64,000 nucleotides of DNA from Takakia lepidozioides. Its lineage: Eukaryota > Plantae > Bryophyta. Made by a program: the position numbers and the translations under genes. Where the stretch lies: contig CM060733.1 in assembly GCA_030704615.1 (NCBI GenBank), positions 23,684,001 through 23,748,000 on the forward strand. Reading direction: 5' to 3'. Position 1 is the first letter of the stretch. Every line of letters begins with the position of its first letter. Shown here in pieces: positions 49,382 through 62,400 of this stretch. Below the pieces are notes generated by a model. The model had not been told where the DNA came from and did no database searches. It saw only the letters and a program-made list of their open reading frames with translations.

Positions 49382-52300
49382 ATGGTGGTGGCTCTGGAGC
49401 AATGGAGATGGAGCCATGTCTACCACGCACCTTCTCTGCCCCTGTCAATCTTTTGTCCCCGCTCCAACATTAAATGTCCAATTCTTTCACTGCGCTGCTG
49501 CGCTGTGACCCCGAGGCTACAAGTGCAAGCACCTCCCGACGACTACGACTTCAGATCAGAAACTCAGGCACAGACTTTGGAAATTGTGAAAAGCATGTAT
49601 CCGGATCTCCTGGATCTTGTAGAGGACGGCACACTTGTGGTTGTGCGGAGACCTGCTGACTATGTGGAGCGTCGCAGCGATGGCTACGTCCAACCGGAAG
49701 TGGTGTTCGTGGTCGGAACCGCGCATATGTCTAGACTATCAGCTACACAGGTTTTTCAGCTCTCTTTTTGCATACGTTGAAGATTGAAGATTGTATGTGT
49801 CCTGTGTACATGTCTGTCTTCTATCTTGAGCAATGGGAAGATAATTCGGTGTCTTTACGTGCCACTTTTTACATGTTTTCCAGAGGAAGTATTCTTCCTG
49901 CTCTGACTCCCCGGATTTCGACAGACAGTTCACATCAACAACTAAATGCTATCAATTCAAACTTTAAATAATTCGCTTAAAGCCGGATTTTCCTGCCGCT
50001 TTGAGATAGAGAGGAAAGGTCAGTGTCATATATTTCACTAAATGTTGACATTCAAACTCCCTGATCTGTATTTTGAAGGAGACAACAAGACGTTCTTCAA
50101 GCTAATCGTTATGTGCAAACTGTGAAATGGTTGGAATGGTCTTGTTACCATCTATACATTGTGCTTCCTTAGTGCTTTTGAAACCCCTGTCAAGTTCATT
50201 TCCTTACATCCAACATAATCACGTAACCTAAGCCAATCTGGCCAACATTTCCCCCCATGCATTTCTAGAAAAACGTTTGTACAAAGTTCAGGTTTTTTCG
50301 GAACTTCTCCTAACTGCTGTGTAATGTGCAGGTAACCCGAGTTGTAAACTCAGTGCGCCCTGACAATCTGGTGGTGGAGCTCTGCAGAAGCAGGCAATTT
50401 GTTCTTACATTGTCTCCAATCAAGTTGTATGAGAATAGCTGTCACAATCTAAATTGTGAACTGGAGAGCATTTGTAACTGCTCTACTCACGAAACTGATT
50501 TTGTTGATGCTCAATGCCCACCAGATCCATCAATCCGATTTAGACGGGTTCAAAGGGGGGGATGACGGTAAACACTTGAGCCAATTTCACCTTTTACTCA
50601 GGGATGAGAAACTAGATACAACCCTTTCTCGTGCTTGAGAATGTGACAAACAAATACGGAGTGATGAATGAGGTGGCAGGGCAGGCATTATGTATGATGC
50701 GTCCCCAACCACGGATGAAGAGGAACAGGGTGCTGCAGGCAAACAGAAACAGTTGAATTTAATGTCTTTAAGTGGTGCCAACTTTGGCTCAGCTGTGAGC
50801 CGCAGCCTTCAGCTTGGTGAGTAATGGTTTTACTGTTATTTTTATAATCTGGTGAATTGCCTAGGATGTCTAGGGAACTTCTGGGGCAGGAAAGAGTCTA
50901 GCATGTGCTCTTAAGAATATCAGGTCCACTCATTGATTTGGGTTCTTCTATATGTAGATCTTAACATACTAAGGTGGGTCCTCATATACTCTCTTTTCGT
51001 GGAACTGTAAGGCAGGAGGCAGGTCAGCATTGGCCCTTCGGTTGCTTTTGGCAGGCATGTCAAAACGAATCTCCACGTCTGCAGGTGTTGCCACTGGAGA
51101 AGAGGTAGCCAGATCTTCTGCCTCTACGATTCATCCGCTTTATTTGTTTTGTTTCTTCACTGGCTGGTTTTGCTTGATGAGGTTTTACTTGATAACTCTT
51201 AGAGCTTCCACTTGCAATTGAGCATGGCAAGGTACTAGAGAGGCTTCACATCATTCATTGTGATGGTGTGGTTTGATAACGTGGTGTAGATCAGGAGTCT
51301 CACCAATATTTCAAAGGTTATAAGGGTCTCCTTGAAATCCTGCCACAATTGATCCAAAGCTGATCCCCAGTAGCAATGTGTCTGTTGGAGTAGAGACATC
51401 ACATGATCTTGCTTGTGAAAAGTTTGCAGTTCCGTGCGGCCCGCAAAGCAGCTGAGGATATTGGAACACAGATTGTCCTCGGAGATCGCCCTATTGAAAT
51501 AACAGTGAGGCTCAACCCTGGGTTTAATGCTAGTCTCTTCTTGAAGAGTCCAGACTTTTCTGCTTGGCCTGGGAGCCATGGTGCTCAACCCGGCGTGTGG
51601 ATCTCATGCTCAGCGAGTCACCAAAAACCGATGTGGAGTTCAGGCTGTTCTTGTGTCCTTGGTTAAACTTTGGCCTAGCAATTGGCCTGCAGGTGCAAGG
51701 CAGCATGCATGCATATTTCCTTGTGCAGGAGTTTCGATGAAAATGAAAGTGCTTCTATGAGTGTTCATCTGCCTACGGAGAGACTTTACACTACTGTTTT
51801 CCATCAGAATTTTAACAAGAACATAATGCCGTGGTGATATTTCATTTGAGTATCTTTCAGCTGCAAAGGGCATGGGCTGCGTTGAGGTGGGATGAGCAGT
51901 TTCGGCTTGTAGCCACTCTACTCCAGGCCATGATGGCTTCAAACATTGATGCTTCAGAGGAAACCCTCCAGGTTTGACGTATCCTTGGACCTTGGATGAC
52001 ATGAGTTGTTGATTTCAATGATTTCAGTTTGCTTATTTTGTCATGGCCAGCTTACAGCGTGGGTTTTCAGGGTTCCATGGTTTTAGAAATAATGAGGATT
52101 CTAAGGCCATGAAATCCTTGCTGGAAGTTTTTGAAATGCTTGAGTTGCCTTTACGATGGAGAATCTGTTCTGTTGTCGCAGGCTTTACAGAAAGATGATG
52201 CTCTCTCTGCCATGTTTCTGGAGATAAGTCAACGGTTTCCATCATTGTTACAACCCCTCATTCACGAACGTGACATGGTATTACAGCTTTTACCTCTTCC

Positions 52301-52683
52301 TTCAGTACATGTACGATATTTGGCTTCCTTGCACGAGATGTCTCTCTTGCAAGCTTAACTCAAGATCTTGGTCAAATTGTTTCCAGATACTAACTCTGTT
52401 TGGCCACTTGGCTCAGTACCTTGCATGGTCACTGAAACGAAGCAAGGCAGTGAATGGGTGTGCAAAAGTGGTGGGCGTCATTGGAAGGGGCCATCTTCGC
52501 GGAGTTGTCTATGCTCTCATGCATGACGAAGAGCATTTACGCTTCCGGGATCTTGTCGGTGTCCGAGGGTCCAGTGAGGAAGCCCAGAAGGGCCGGCAGA
52601 TCCGAAACTTTGTCAAAAACCTTCTAGTTGAAACTGCCATTGGCAGCATGCTTTGGTGCGCATGGGATGTATTTCATCGTTAA
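49382..52683 (+). CDS. TraB/PrgY-family protein, possibly plastid-targeted; exons 49382-49750, 50332-50393, 50680-50816, 51016-51104, 51430-51504, 51861-51971, 52182-52277, 52417-52683
   Basis: TraB motifs VVGTAHMS, RPDNLVVELCRSR, GEEFRAA, IVLGDRPIEITLQRAW, LIHERDMYLAWSL, VVGVIGRGHLRG. Exon phases are consistent. Confidence 0.9.
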
Positions 52684-53160
52684 TGGGCAGGACTCTGACA
52701 GCAAGCAGGGATGCTGTATTGACCCAACATGCAGCAAGCAAAGCAATCAATACAAAGAAGACTAACAAGACAAAATATGACATGCACTGTATATTGGTAG
52801 TGGTTCTCCATCTGCACATTGCTCCCCATCATTGAGCCTGCTAATTGGACAATGTTGGGCCTCAGATGTGGTAAACTGAGTATGGTCTGTAACAAGCTGT
52901 GACCCTTCCACTGCTGCAGCTCATGTCCTGTGGTGCCAACTGCTGCTGCTGGTGTTTCATATTCCTTTACCTGTGAAAAGGAAGACTTCTTCACTCTTCT
53001 GTAGGTGTTTTACATCAATCCACTCTTGGGACCAAGGCTCGAGTGCATTCTTCAACAAGTGTCACCAACCACACAAGTCAATTGATGATGTCTCCTCTGC
53101 GCAATTTGAAAAGTACAGAAATTTGTAAGTCATAGGAAATTCTTTTGTATCTTCACTATA

Positions 53161-53665
53161 ACTAGGGTAGCCTATGTCGTTGGCCCATGTGTGAAGAATT
53201 GAAAAAAACGCTTGATTTTGTACCTCGCTTCATATATTGAGACCAAAAATTATGAGACCAAGTTGGTGCACCCCTCCTCATGGAGGGCTTCCCAGCGGTA
53301 CCAAGGCTAGGGCCCTGCGGTTTGGGAGATCTTAACTCTACAAAATAAACAAACAAACTAACTACCTTGCTTCATATATTGAAAAAACCAATTTACTTTT
53401 TTTTATGGATTTATTGAGTAGTAATATATCCAATCATTGTTCCAGGAAAGCTACTTTGCTATTTTTCATGAATTTCCAATGACCAAAAGTACTTGAAATT
53501 CCATATCTCCCACACCTCAGGTCCCAAAATTATGATACCAAGTCAGTGCCCCCCTCCTCACCGAGGGCTTTCTCACCGTCCAACGGTACCAAGCACCAGG
53601 GCAGGGCTGGCCCTGCGGTTTGGGAGATACACTACAAACAAACAAACAACCTTGCTTCATACATT
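53161..53665. repeat. Partial copy of the 41-42 kb foldback family
   Basis: actagggtagcc start and aatttcca..gaccaaaagtacttgaaattcca.atctcccacacc.caggtcc shared with 41393-41446. Confidence 0.7.
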
Positions 53666-56457
53666 GATCTTCCTTCAATCTTCCTATAAACCCCCCTAAT
53701 ATATAATCTTTGGGTTGTGGATATTGCACGGACAAAAGCATGCATTGACCACACACAGGGATAGTACGAGAGCCTCTTCCTTGTGGCCTACCTATCTGCC
53801 TGAGTGCCTCTTCCCCAGTCATCTCTGACCCCCTCTGACACCCACTGTTAGAAACGCTGAAGTGGGAAGCACAGTAGCTCATAGACTTCACCTGGATTCG
53901 AAATCAATTGATCAAGTATCTATTTAACAAAGGATCCCAGTGATCTGTACCTTTCTATGGCAAGAAGAGTGCTCTGGCAGCAGAAGGTGACTGTGATTGG
54001 ATCAAAACTCCAGCAAAGTGAGCAGTGCTCCTGAATTCCTCGATTCTGCCTGCATGCTTCAGATCTTTTTCAGCTCCCTATGCAAATGTGTCAAACCCTT
54101 AACGAAGAATCACACAAGCTAGTGTGAACCTTCGACAACCACGTTCACTATCATGAATCAAGTTGGCTCCCAACCAAAATCACCTCCACTCCTGCAGAGA
54201 AAGGGAGAAAGAAATTTAGGGTTAGGGTTTATGGCCAGCTGCTAATAGTGATAACTAACCATCACCACACACTGTCTACACTAACCGTAGGTTGTAAGAC
54301 CTATTATAGATGCCCCCATAATAAACTCCATTAAGTATTTGTATTAAATGCTTTCCCTTCGTTTTATACGGATTTGCATACAGCCTACCTAGCCTTCTAC
54401 CCAGAAAGGTACCATCACAGACAGGTAGGTACCGTGTTTCTCGTTCTATTATATGTGCAGGTACCTGTACAGTACCTCCTGTGGGTTATTAGTGCTGACA
54501 GGAATTGACAGGTGAGTCCAAGCTCAGGGATGATGAGTCATTCCGCATCCGTCGCGATATGAACGTCATCCGTTCAGTCGTCATCCAGTAGGAGAAGGCG
54601 CCATTCCCAAAGGGCGAGATCGCACGTGCGGAAATCTAGGCCTTGAGCAAGCCAACATTGTTGGACTGCAGATCCGCCCCGCCGCTAGCCCGCAGCCACG
54701 CGCCGCCTTGTCCCGCAGTGCTGCCGCCGCGCGCTGCCCTGCAGCTGCCACGCGCCGTAAGCTGTCACCCGTACCTCTCTTGTCGCCACTCTTTTTTTAG
54801 TATTACTCTATATATATACATATATAATTATTAGTTTTTTATGCTTATTTGTGTCTGGATAATACAGCGCACTCGTCATTGGTGCACAACCCCAGTTCAA
54901 ACATTACTACTGTCCTTTTTCCCTCACCTTATTACTATAACTTCTCTAACTGTACCTTAAGGTAAGACAAGTCTTTAGAATTTTGGATGGATGACACATT
55001 TCACCCGCGGGTTTCATCCGAGATCAAATCCGGACGACGTGGCATCCGGCGTTGCTATTGGTTGTTCACCACATTCAGACACGTGTCAGAATCTCATGAG
55101 CTTGCCCCCGCTGACTAGTCAAGAGAGAGCGGCTGTAGTTTTGCCACGCCCCAACCTAACGATTGAGGGGTTTTGATGAAAGTTGGTTCTGTTCTGAAGT
55201 CATCCCTAGAGGAGTGAAATTACGATCTTGCCGAGTGGATGAAGTCTGCATGTGTGGATGAGAAACGATATCCCCGTGTACAGTATCTATGAGAGAAGTG
55301 GAAGATTCAATGCTCTTTACCACAATTACGACCACGGTGCGTTAGTGCCTATTATAAAACGACTTAACTGTATGTACCACTAGACTTTACTTACATCCAC
55401 CGGGCCGAGGAGTTATTAAGCGATCAACGGTGTGTCAAAAGGGGAGTAAATGCACAACCTTTCCTTTATTAACGTGTCTTAACTTTCGTCTGTAAATACT
55501 CGGACTTTAAACGTAAGACCGTGGATGGATGATGGATGGGACATGGAACCCTAATTCGCGCTGACTGGTCAAGGCTCTCCAGGCGGCATTAAGTCCCGGC
55601 TGTTTCTTGGATATGACCGCGGTTGAAAAGTCTAGACTCTACAGTTCTACTTACTGCGCGGTTAATTAATTTCGCCAGCTTGTGGGAACGAAAGGACAGG
55701 TTTTGCCAGAAGGGCATGGAATGTTCCAACATTCTTTGTTTTTCAAATAGGGTATAGCCAGTGAAAAGCCAGGGTCCGGGTGGGGCCGGGCCGGTTAGGG
55801 TAAAAGTGTTGGATCTCGGGCCGGGTTTAGCCGGAGACGTAAATGACAGCGAGGCGGGCCAGAGAAGCGCGCGCAAGGGACGGGAGGGAAGAGAGAGAAG
55901 GTCCAGAGACGACGCAGGACAAGATACAGAATTGCAGGGAGGCAAAGGGAGGCTGAAGGAGTACAGTGTTCGGCTGGATGCTGTAGGAAGACGCAGGCTG
56001 CGTTACCTATTGGTAAGTAAAAGCTTCTGTAATCTGTAATGCAGTCGAATTTTGTTTCTTGTGTTGCGGCGGCCATTGCTGCGGTGTTATGGAACCCTTG
56101 GCTCCCTTGGCTTCGTCCGGGGGCTTCTCGGGCGTGATTTTCTAGACCGGGCTTTTGCAAGCTCTGATTAATGTATCTACTGTATTTCGCTGGCTGTTCT
56201 GGCTATGTGCTTGGTCGTCGTGCCGGCGGGGCCGGGGTAAGTTAAGTGTTGGTGTTTCTTGCTGGTGTTTTTTTTGGTGAGGAGTTGGTGTGCTGAAGAG
56301 CCTCCACCTGATGACAGATCTTACAGTTGCGATGGTGAGAGCGGGGGCTGCTGGTGCAGCTATTCCCTCGGGCATAAGGCTATGGCATGCTCTTCAGTGG
56401 GTGTTCGTCACTGTGTGGTGTGGCAACAGATGATGGTTCTGTTGATGGTTGTTTAGG

Positions 56458-59400
56458 ATGGCGACCTCTGTGGCTCTTCGACAACCTGTGCAACAGGCCG
56501 CCATGCACGTGCTCCCCGGCCACGGTAATAGCGGGTGTGTTCAAGTGGCTTCCCCGATTGTTGAGTTTCTCTTCTTTCATAAAGCAATTCGTGCGGAGCT
56601 TGAGCGCCTGCACCAGGATGCACTGGCGGTGGAGAAGGGAAGTGAGCGGGAGATTAGCGCTCTGCTCGACCGCTACTTGTTTTTGCGCACGGTTTACAAG
56701 CACCACAGCAGCGCAGAGGATGAGGTAATATCTCCCTTCCTACAATTATTCCGTAAATCGGTCTTTACGCATGAACAAACGAAGAATCGCCAGTATCAAC
56801 CAATGCAAGTGGTGAGCTTAATGGTTTCTTGTAATAATTCCAACAATGTTGTTTGTTTGGTCGTCTTTCTCAATATGTTGAGTTGGGGCAGGGACCAAAA
56901 ATTGAAAATTTGTGGCTTGCACTGTAGTCATCCTCTTTTTTGTGTAATTTAAGTGTAGCATAGGCTAGGGTCAACGGGTGCTTGTGAAATTTAGGAGCAC
57001 CAAGAGCTGTACGATTTAGGTTAGTACAGACGTCAACCTCGTGAATTCTTCAGGGGGTATATGTCTCATCGAGGATTGAAATCTAAGTCAAAGAAGGAGA
57101 GACCAGTTCCAGGCAAGCCAATGTAGAAGCCTAGCCCTTAATGATTCTAACCAAAGATGAATCCCTCAAGACCCATGGCAAGTCAATTGGAGGGGGACGT
57201 AGCCTAGCATGCAATTTCATCGTCAATATGGTATCAGTCATGTTCTCCTATCTTCGCCTCCTCCTGTATAATCACAGGACACGGTAACCTGGACAATAAA
57301 ATAATCTCCCACAAGTTTTCCTCCCTACCCCATTGTTCCACAATTTCAGTTTCACTAGAATCAATGTCTCATTAGTGACTTAGAATTGCTGCAGCACTTC
57401 AGTCTTTCCTTTTCTTAGTAATGGCTCTGTTGCAGCCTGTGAAAGCAAAGCATTGTTTCTGGCAGTAAACAGTTGTAGCTTTAGCTCTTGAGAGAGATCA
57501 CATAGACAGTTTTGAGGTGTGAGTATAGGGGAATTTCCCCCTAATGTTGTTTATGCCACTGCTGTTCATCCATGTCTCATTGTTAATAACATAAAAGTCT
57601 TTTTGGACCATCAGAACCTCAAGGCAGACTTTCAACTCATTAGTACTGACCGGATGTCACGTTGGCAGGTAATCTTCCCTGCTCTTGATGTGCGTGTCAA
57701 GAATGTGGCACATGCCTACTCCTTGGAGCACAAGGTGGAGAGCGACTTGTTTGACCAGATGTCAGAGCTTTTGCACACTGCCCTGCGCGATAAAGGAAAT
57801 GTCTCATCAAGTGTGCGACGGGAGCTTGTCTGCTGCACTCAAGCATTACAGACTACTCTTTGCCAGCACTTGTCAAAAGAGGAGGAACAGGTTTTTAATC
57901 TATCATCTATCCCATTCTTCTTCCCAAACAATCTGGGCAGTGGTCTTTGGGCTCAGAAAAAGTGCAAGCACTTCATAGGAGCGCATCTTTATGTTTTCCT
58001 TCTATCTCACTTGTATCATCCTCTCTGTCATGTCCTCCACCTGTCTCTGTGGAGAAATTGCCGAGTTTTTAGTATACTCAGTATGTAAGCTTCCGTGGTA
58101 CAACACAGCGTGACCCCCTTGTTTAAGGACAGCGACAGAACTTACCTGGCTATTTGGTGTGTGCTGGCTGCAATGAGTCCCAGTCCTACATGTTCTGCTC
58201 CGTCTGCGCTCATAGCCTCTTTGTCTACAACTGTTGTTAGTGTACAGAAAACTATACTAAAGTTGTGTTCCTAGCCTTGTCCCTGTTTGACACAGCTGTT
58301 GGCAAATCCCTGGTCCATCCTTCTCAGATAAAGCTGGATTTCTTGTACATCTGCAGGTTTTTCCCCTGCTGATGCAGCACTTCAGCTTTGAAGAACAAGC
58401 TGCATTGGTTTGGCAGTTTATGTGCAGTATCCCTGTGAACCTCATGGAGAAGTTTCTGCCATGGCTTGCCTCCTCCCTCTCTCATGAGGAGCGCGAAGAG
58501 ATGGTGATATGCATGCGTAAAATCGTTCCCAGAGAGGAGCTCCTCCAGCAGGTGCACTCTGCAGTAAATTATGCTCCCATTTTTAACGTTGATGTGGGCC
58601 CTCAGTAACAGAGAGAGAGAAAGTAGAAGATTTTGGCTTCCTGAAGTTCTGGTGGAGCAAAGCTCTGATGTTTAGGGCTTCATTGAAATTTCCTAATTTC
58701 CCCTTTGAGCTTCTCAGTATTGGTCTCATGTAAGTAGGTAGGATGCTTCCATGTAAAAAACTCCCTATGTAATACTTTTGAGCTGGCTCTGGAAGACATG
58801 TAAGTACACCTTCAGTTATATTATGTTGCTATTAGGAATTATCAACATTCTGTAAATTTTACCCTTTATGTAAGGCAGTAAATGTTGGCAGTAGCTAAAA
58901 CAGCAGCAATCATCTGATCATTTGCGTCAGGGAAACTCTGTAGATTTGTCCACTGTATGGGACTAGAGTAATGACTCTCTGTATGTTATATCTGGTGTGG
59001 AACAGGTGGTATTTGCGTGGCTCAAGGGAGGGAGCATAACCACAGAAGCCAAGGAGTACCTTCAAGTGGATGATAAATTGTTCGATTGGTCTGCAATGGA
59101 CACAATGGTAATAGGGGACTTAGCAAAGGTGTGGGTTGAAGGAGAAGATGCTGCTTGTTTTCTCAATGGGTCTAGGGCAGATGGCAGCCTTGATCAGTCT
59201 CGAGACATGCTGTTGGACAGGAAAAGGGGTCAGCTGGACACAGGCCAAGAAGGTGGGGGAGGCAAAGGTGTGTCTCGAAGGTTCCCTATCAATGAGCTGC
59301 TCTATTGGCACAATGCAATTCGCAAAGAATTGACAGAATTTGCAGAGGAAGCTCGCCGAATCCAGCTCTTGGGTGATATGTCAGCTCCAAACTTGTCACC

Positions 59401-62400
59401 ATTTGTCGAGCGGTTACAATTTCTGGCTGAAGTCTGCATATTCCACAGGTGTGCTAAGCCCATGTTTCTACTCGCGTACTTATTTTTCTTTACTCATCAC
59501 CAAACATGAGATAGTTACCTTAGCCCGCAACCAATTTCTTCAGCTTATCAGAGAGGTGGGGAAGTTATTCAAGAGATTATTTGAGGTTTGGCAATTTATC
59601 AAAATGAAATGTTCCTACCCTCAAGATCTCAAAATTTAACTATTGGGTCTGTAAACTGCAAGGTGACAAATATTTTACTCTTCATTCGGCCTGGCCCATG
59701 TTGTCTGCACGGGTTATTCAACATGCCATCAAGGGGGCCAAGCAGCCTGTTTGTTGAAAGCCCTAATCGAATATTTGTTTTCCACTCGCCTTTGAAAAGA
59801 CCCTTTGGGTTCTATGGCAAGCCAGGAGTGGTATTCCCCTTGTGGTTTCTAGTGTTTTCAGGGCCTTGACTAATTCCTATTCAAGGAGATAACTTGAAAG
59901 ACACTTCCTGGCAGAGAGTGATGAAGCACGTGTTGATGAATGTGACTGGTGGCAGTGCTGCTGAAGATAAGGTGGTGTTTCCTGCTGTTGATCGGAAAGT
60001 CAAAGAGCGGGTGTCATATGAAATGGATCATGCTGAGGAAGAACGCCAGTTTGATGATGTCCGTAGATTGCTTGAAGGAGTTCAGGCAGCTGTCAACAGC
60101 AGTTCCACAGCTGCCCAGTTGTATGGCGAGCTGTGCGTGCAGGCTGAGCTCATAGTAAAGACTATCCAGCAGCATCTTCTGGATGAGGAGATTCAAGTAT
60201 GTTGGCATCTTTACGTCACTTCATTTGCTGCAACTGCACAAGGCTATATTACATTGCAAAGACTTCAACAAGTGAAGCTAACTAGAGACTGCCTGTAGCA
60301 GCTGTTTTGGTGGCATCTTACTCCTGGCACCACCTTGCACCTCTGCATTGTAATGGCATAACATCAGCCCAATCAATGTGTGCTTTGTGCTCCTTGCAGG
60401 TGTTGCCGCTGGCACGGGAGCACTGTACCGTGGAAGAGCAGCGAGTTATTTTGTATCAGAGTCTGCGAGTTATGCCACTTAAGTTGCTTGAGCGAGTTCT
60501 TCCATGGCTAGTTGCGGTGCTCAGTGAAGATGAGGCCAAGGACATGCTTCGAAACATGCGTCTGGCTGGTCAGATGCCTGGCCTCTCTCTTTCTCTCTCT
60601 CTCATCCCCACAATCCATTCAGCTTTTGATCTCAAAGAAAGCATGCCAGCGTGCTCTAGAACAGCTAAATGGCTGTTCAGGGGGAATTTGGTAGACCATC
60701 CTTGAGCTCTTGGCGTGACGAGCTCAAGGTCAGATGGTGGGGTCAGTTGAATCGCATGCCAGATACCTTAGTATGATCAACTCTATTTCTTGGAAGCAAG
60801 ACCATCCTGTGAAACAGGTTAGGTCCTGGAAAAGTTAAGAGGAGATCAAGTACCTGCATACTAGGCATGAAGAACCGACCCTGTTAGATGAAGCTGACTT
60901 GGAGGCTGAAGTGTCTAAGGCCATGTTGGAAGCACCAAGAATGTCCAAACAAAACAAAGTTAGGCATGATTCTTCCCTGAACTTGTTTCCAGTCTGTGAC
61001 ATAGGTGAGGACCTTAAGGATGATCTGAACGGCCTACCGACCCTCGGCACTTGACTGAAATTTAAACTCAGGGTGGCATCTACCTTGAAAATAAACACAT
61101 ACAGAGAGAAAAGGGAGATTGTCAATGCCAGATGTTCAGGCGGCCTGAAGACAATATCCATTTTCTGGATACAATCTCCATCAGAGAGCGGCCCTCGTCA
61201 GGACCATCAAGAACATAGTCCCTGCACCTCTGTTCACCAACTTTCAAAATCTCATGGCTGAGCCTAAAGCCCTGGCATTGTTGGGGTCTAATTGCCGGGC
61301 AGCTCAGACCCAGCAGATTGATGCTTGTGTGAAGGGCTTTCTAGAGGAAATCTGGAAAGCCAGAACCAATTGTTATTCCAAGGTAAGTCCCACATTTGGA
61401 GCCCCCCTTAGGCTGTTCCCTATTAACCTGGGTGCAGGATCTATGACCATAAGGCTAGGGCGAACACCGTCCAAGTAGATTCTCATATCACGACCCCAGT
61501 TGATATTAGACAGGCTAAGCCCTTGGAGGGTATCTCATAGCCCAAGTTTCCAGGAAATGGTCAATGAAACTTTTGCCAGAGTGTTCCATTAAGTCAATTT
61601 AGCTGATACATGTGCAGGGTCCACTCGAACCACCCATGGATTTTATCCTCAACTTGTGGAACTGAAACGTAATCTTTGATACTTGGTACGAAAGAAAGTG
61701 ATTAAGGGATAACCAAGAGGGTGGACTTGAAAGCCACCATCCTTTAAATTGATCAATTTATAAGATGTTTTACGAAAGCTACAATTGGAGGAATGTTTTA
61801 TGTTTTCTGTTCAGTTTTCTCCGTCACTGCAAGCAACTAAGTATGTGTGCACCTTTGCAGCTCCTGTCACGGACAATGCCTTGGTTACCCTCTTCTCTGG
61901 ATGGGCATGTAAGGGCTACCCACAGAACATTTCCAAATCTGGGGATTATCGGTGTATCTCATCGACTGGAGTCAATGAATGCCCTATGATGAAAATGAAT
62001 TCTGCAATACCGTTGGAAACAGAGGGAGTGCTTGATCATGCAGAGGTCCCAGTTGGGAATGGGAAGGTGTGTTCAAATGAAGTGGGTGGTGCACATGGCC
62101 CAGAAGATCCTCTCGAGAGCCTCGATAGTAGACCCCTGAAGCGATTACGTGGGGAGACACTGGAGGTAGAACAAACAGACGTTGAGAAAGGGGGCAACTT
62201 AGCTGAAGGGAAACCCAGTAAGGTTTGTGGTGCAGGAGCAGCTTGTTGTGTTCCAGGGCTGGGTTGTGGGAGCATTGGTGCACGTGCATCAGGGCCTTCT
62301 TTACGTTCCTACTCACTTGGCACAGTGAGTCCGCTTGTTAGCAGCTCATTGGGTCCAGGTCTCTTTGGTTGGGGAAGTGCATTGGGCTCATTTTCTGGTC

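Noticed and set aside
60780-61500. Possible LINE remnant in a BTS intron
   Set aside because: Only vague protein-like stretches; no diagnostic motif.
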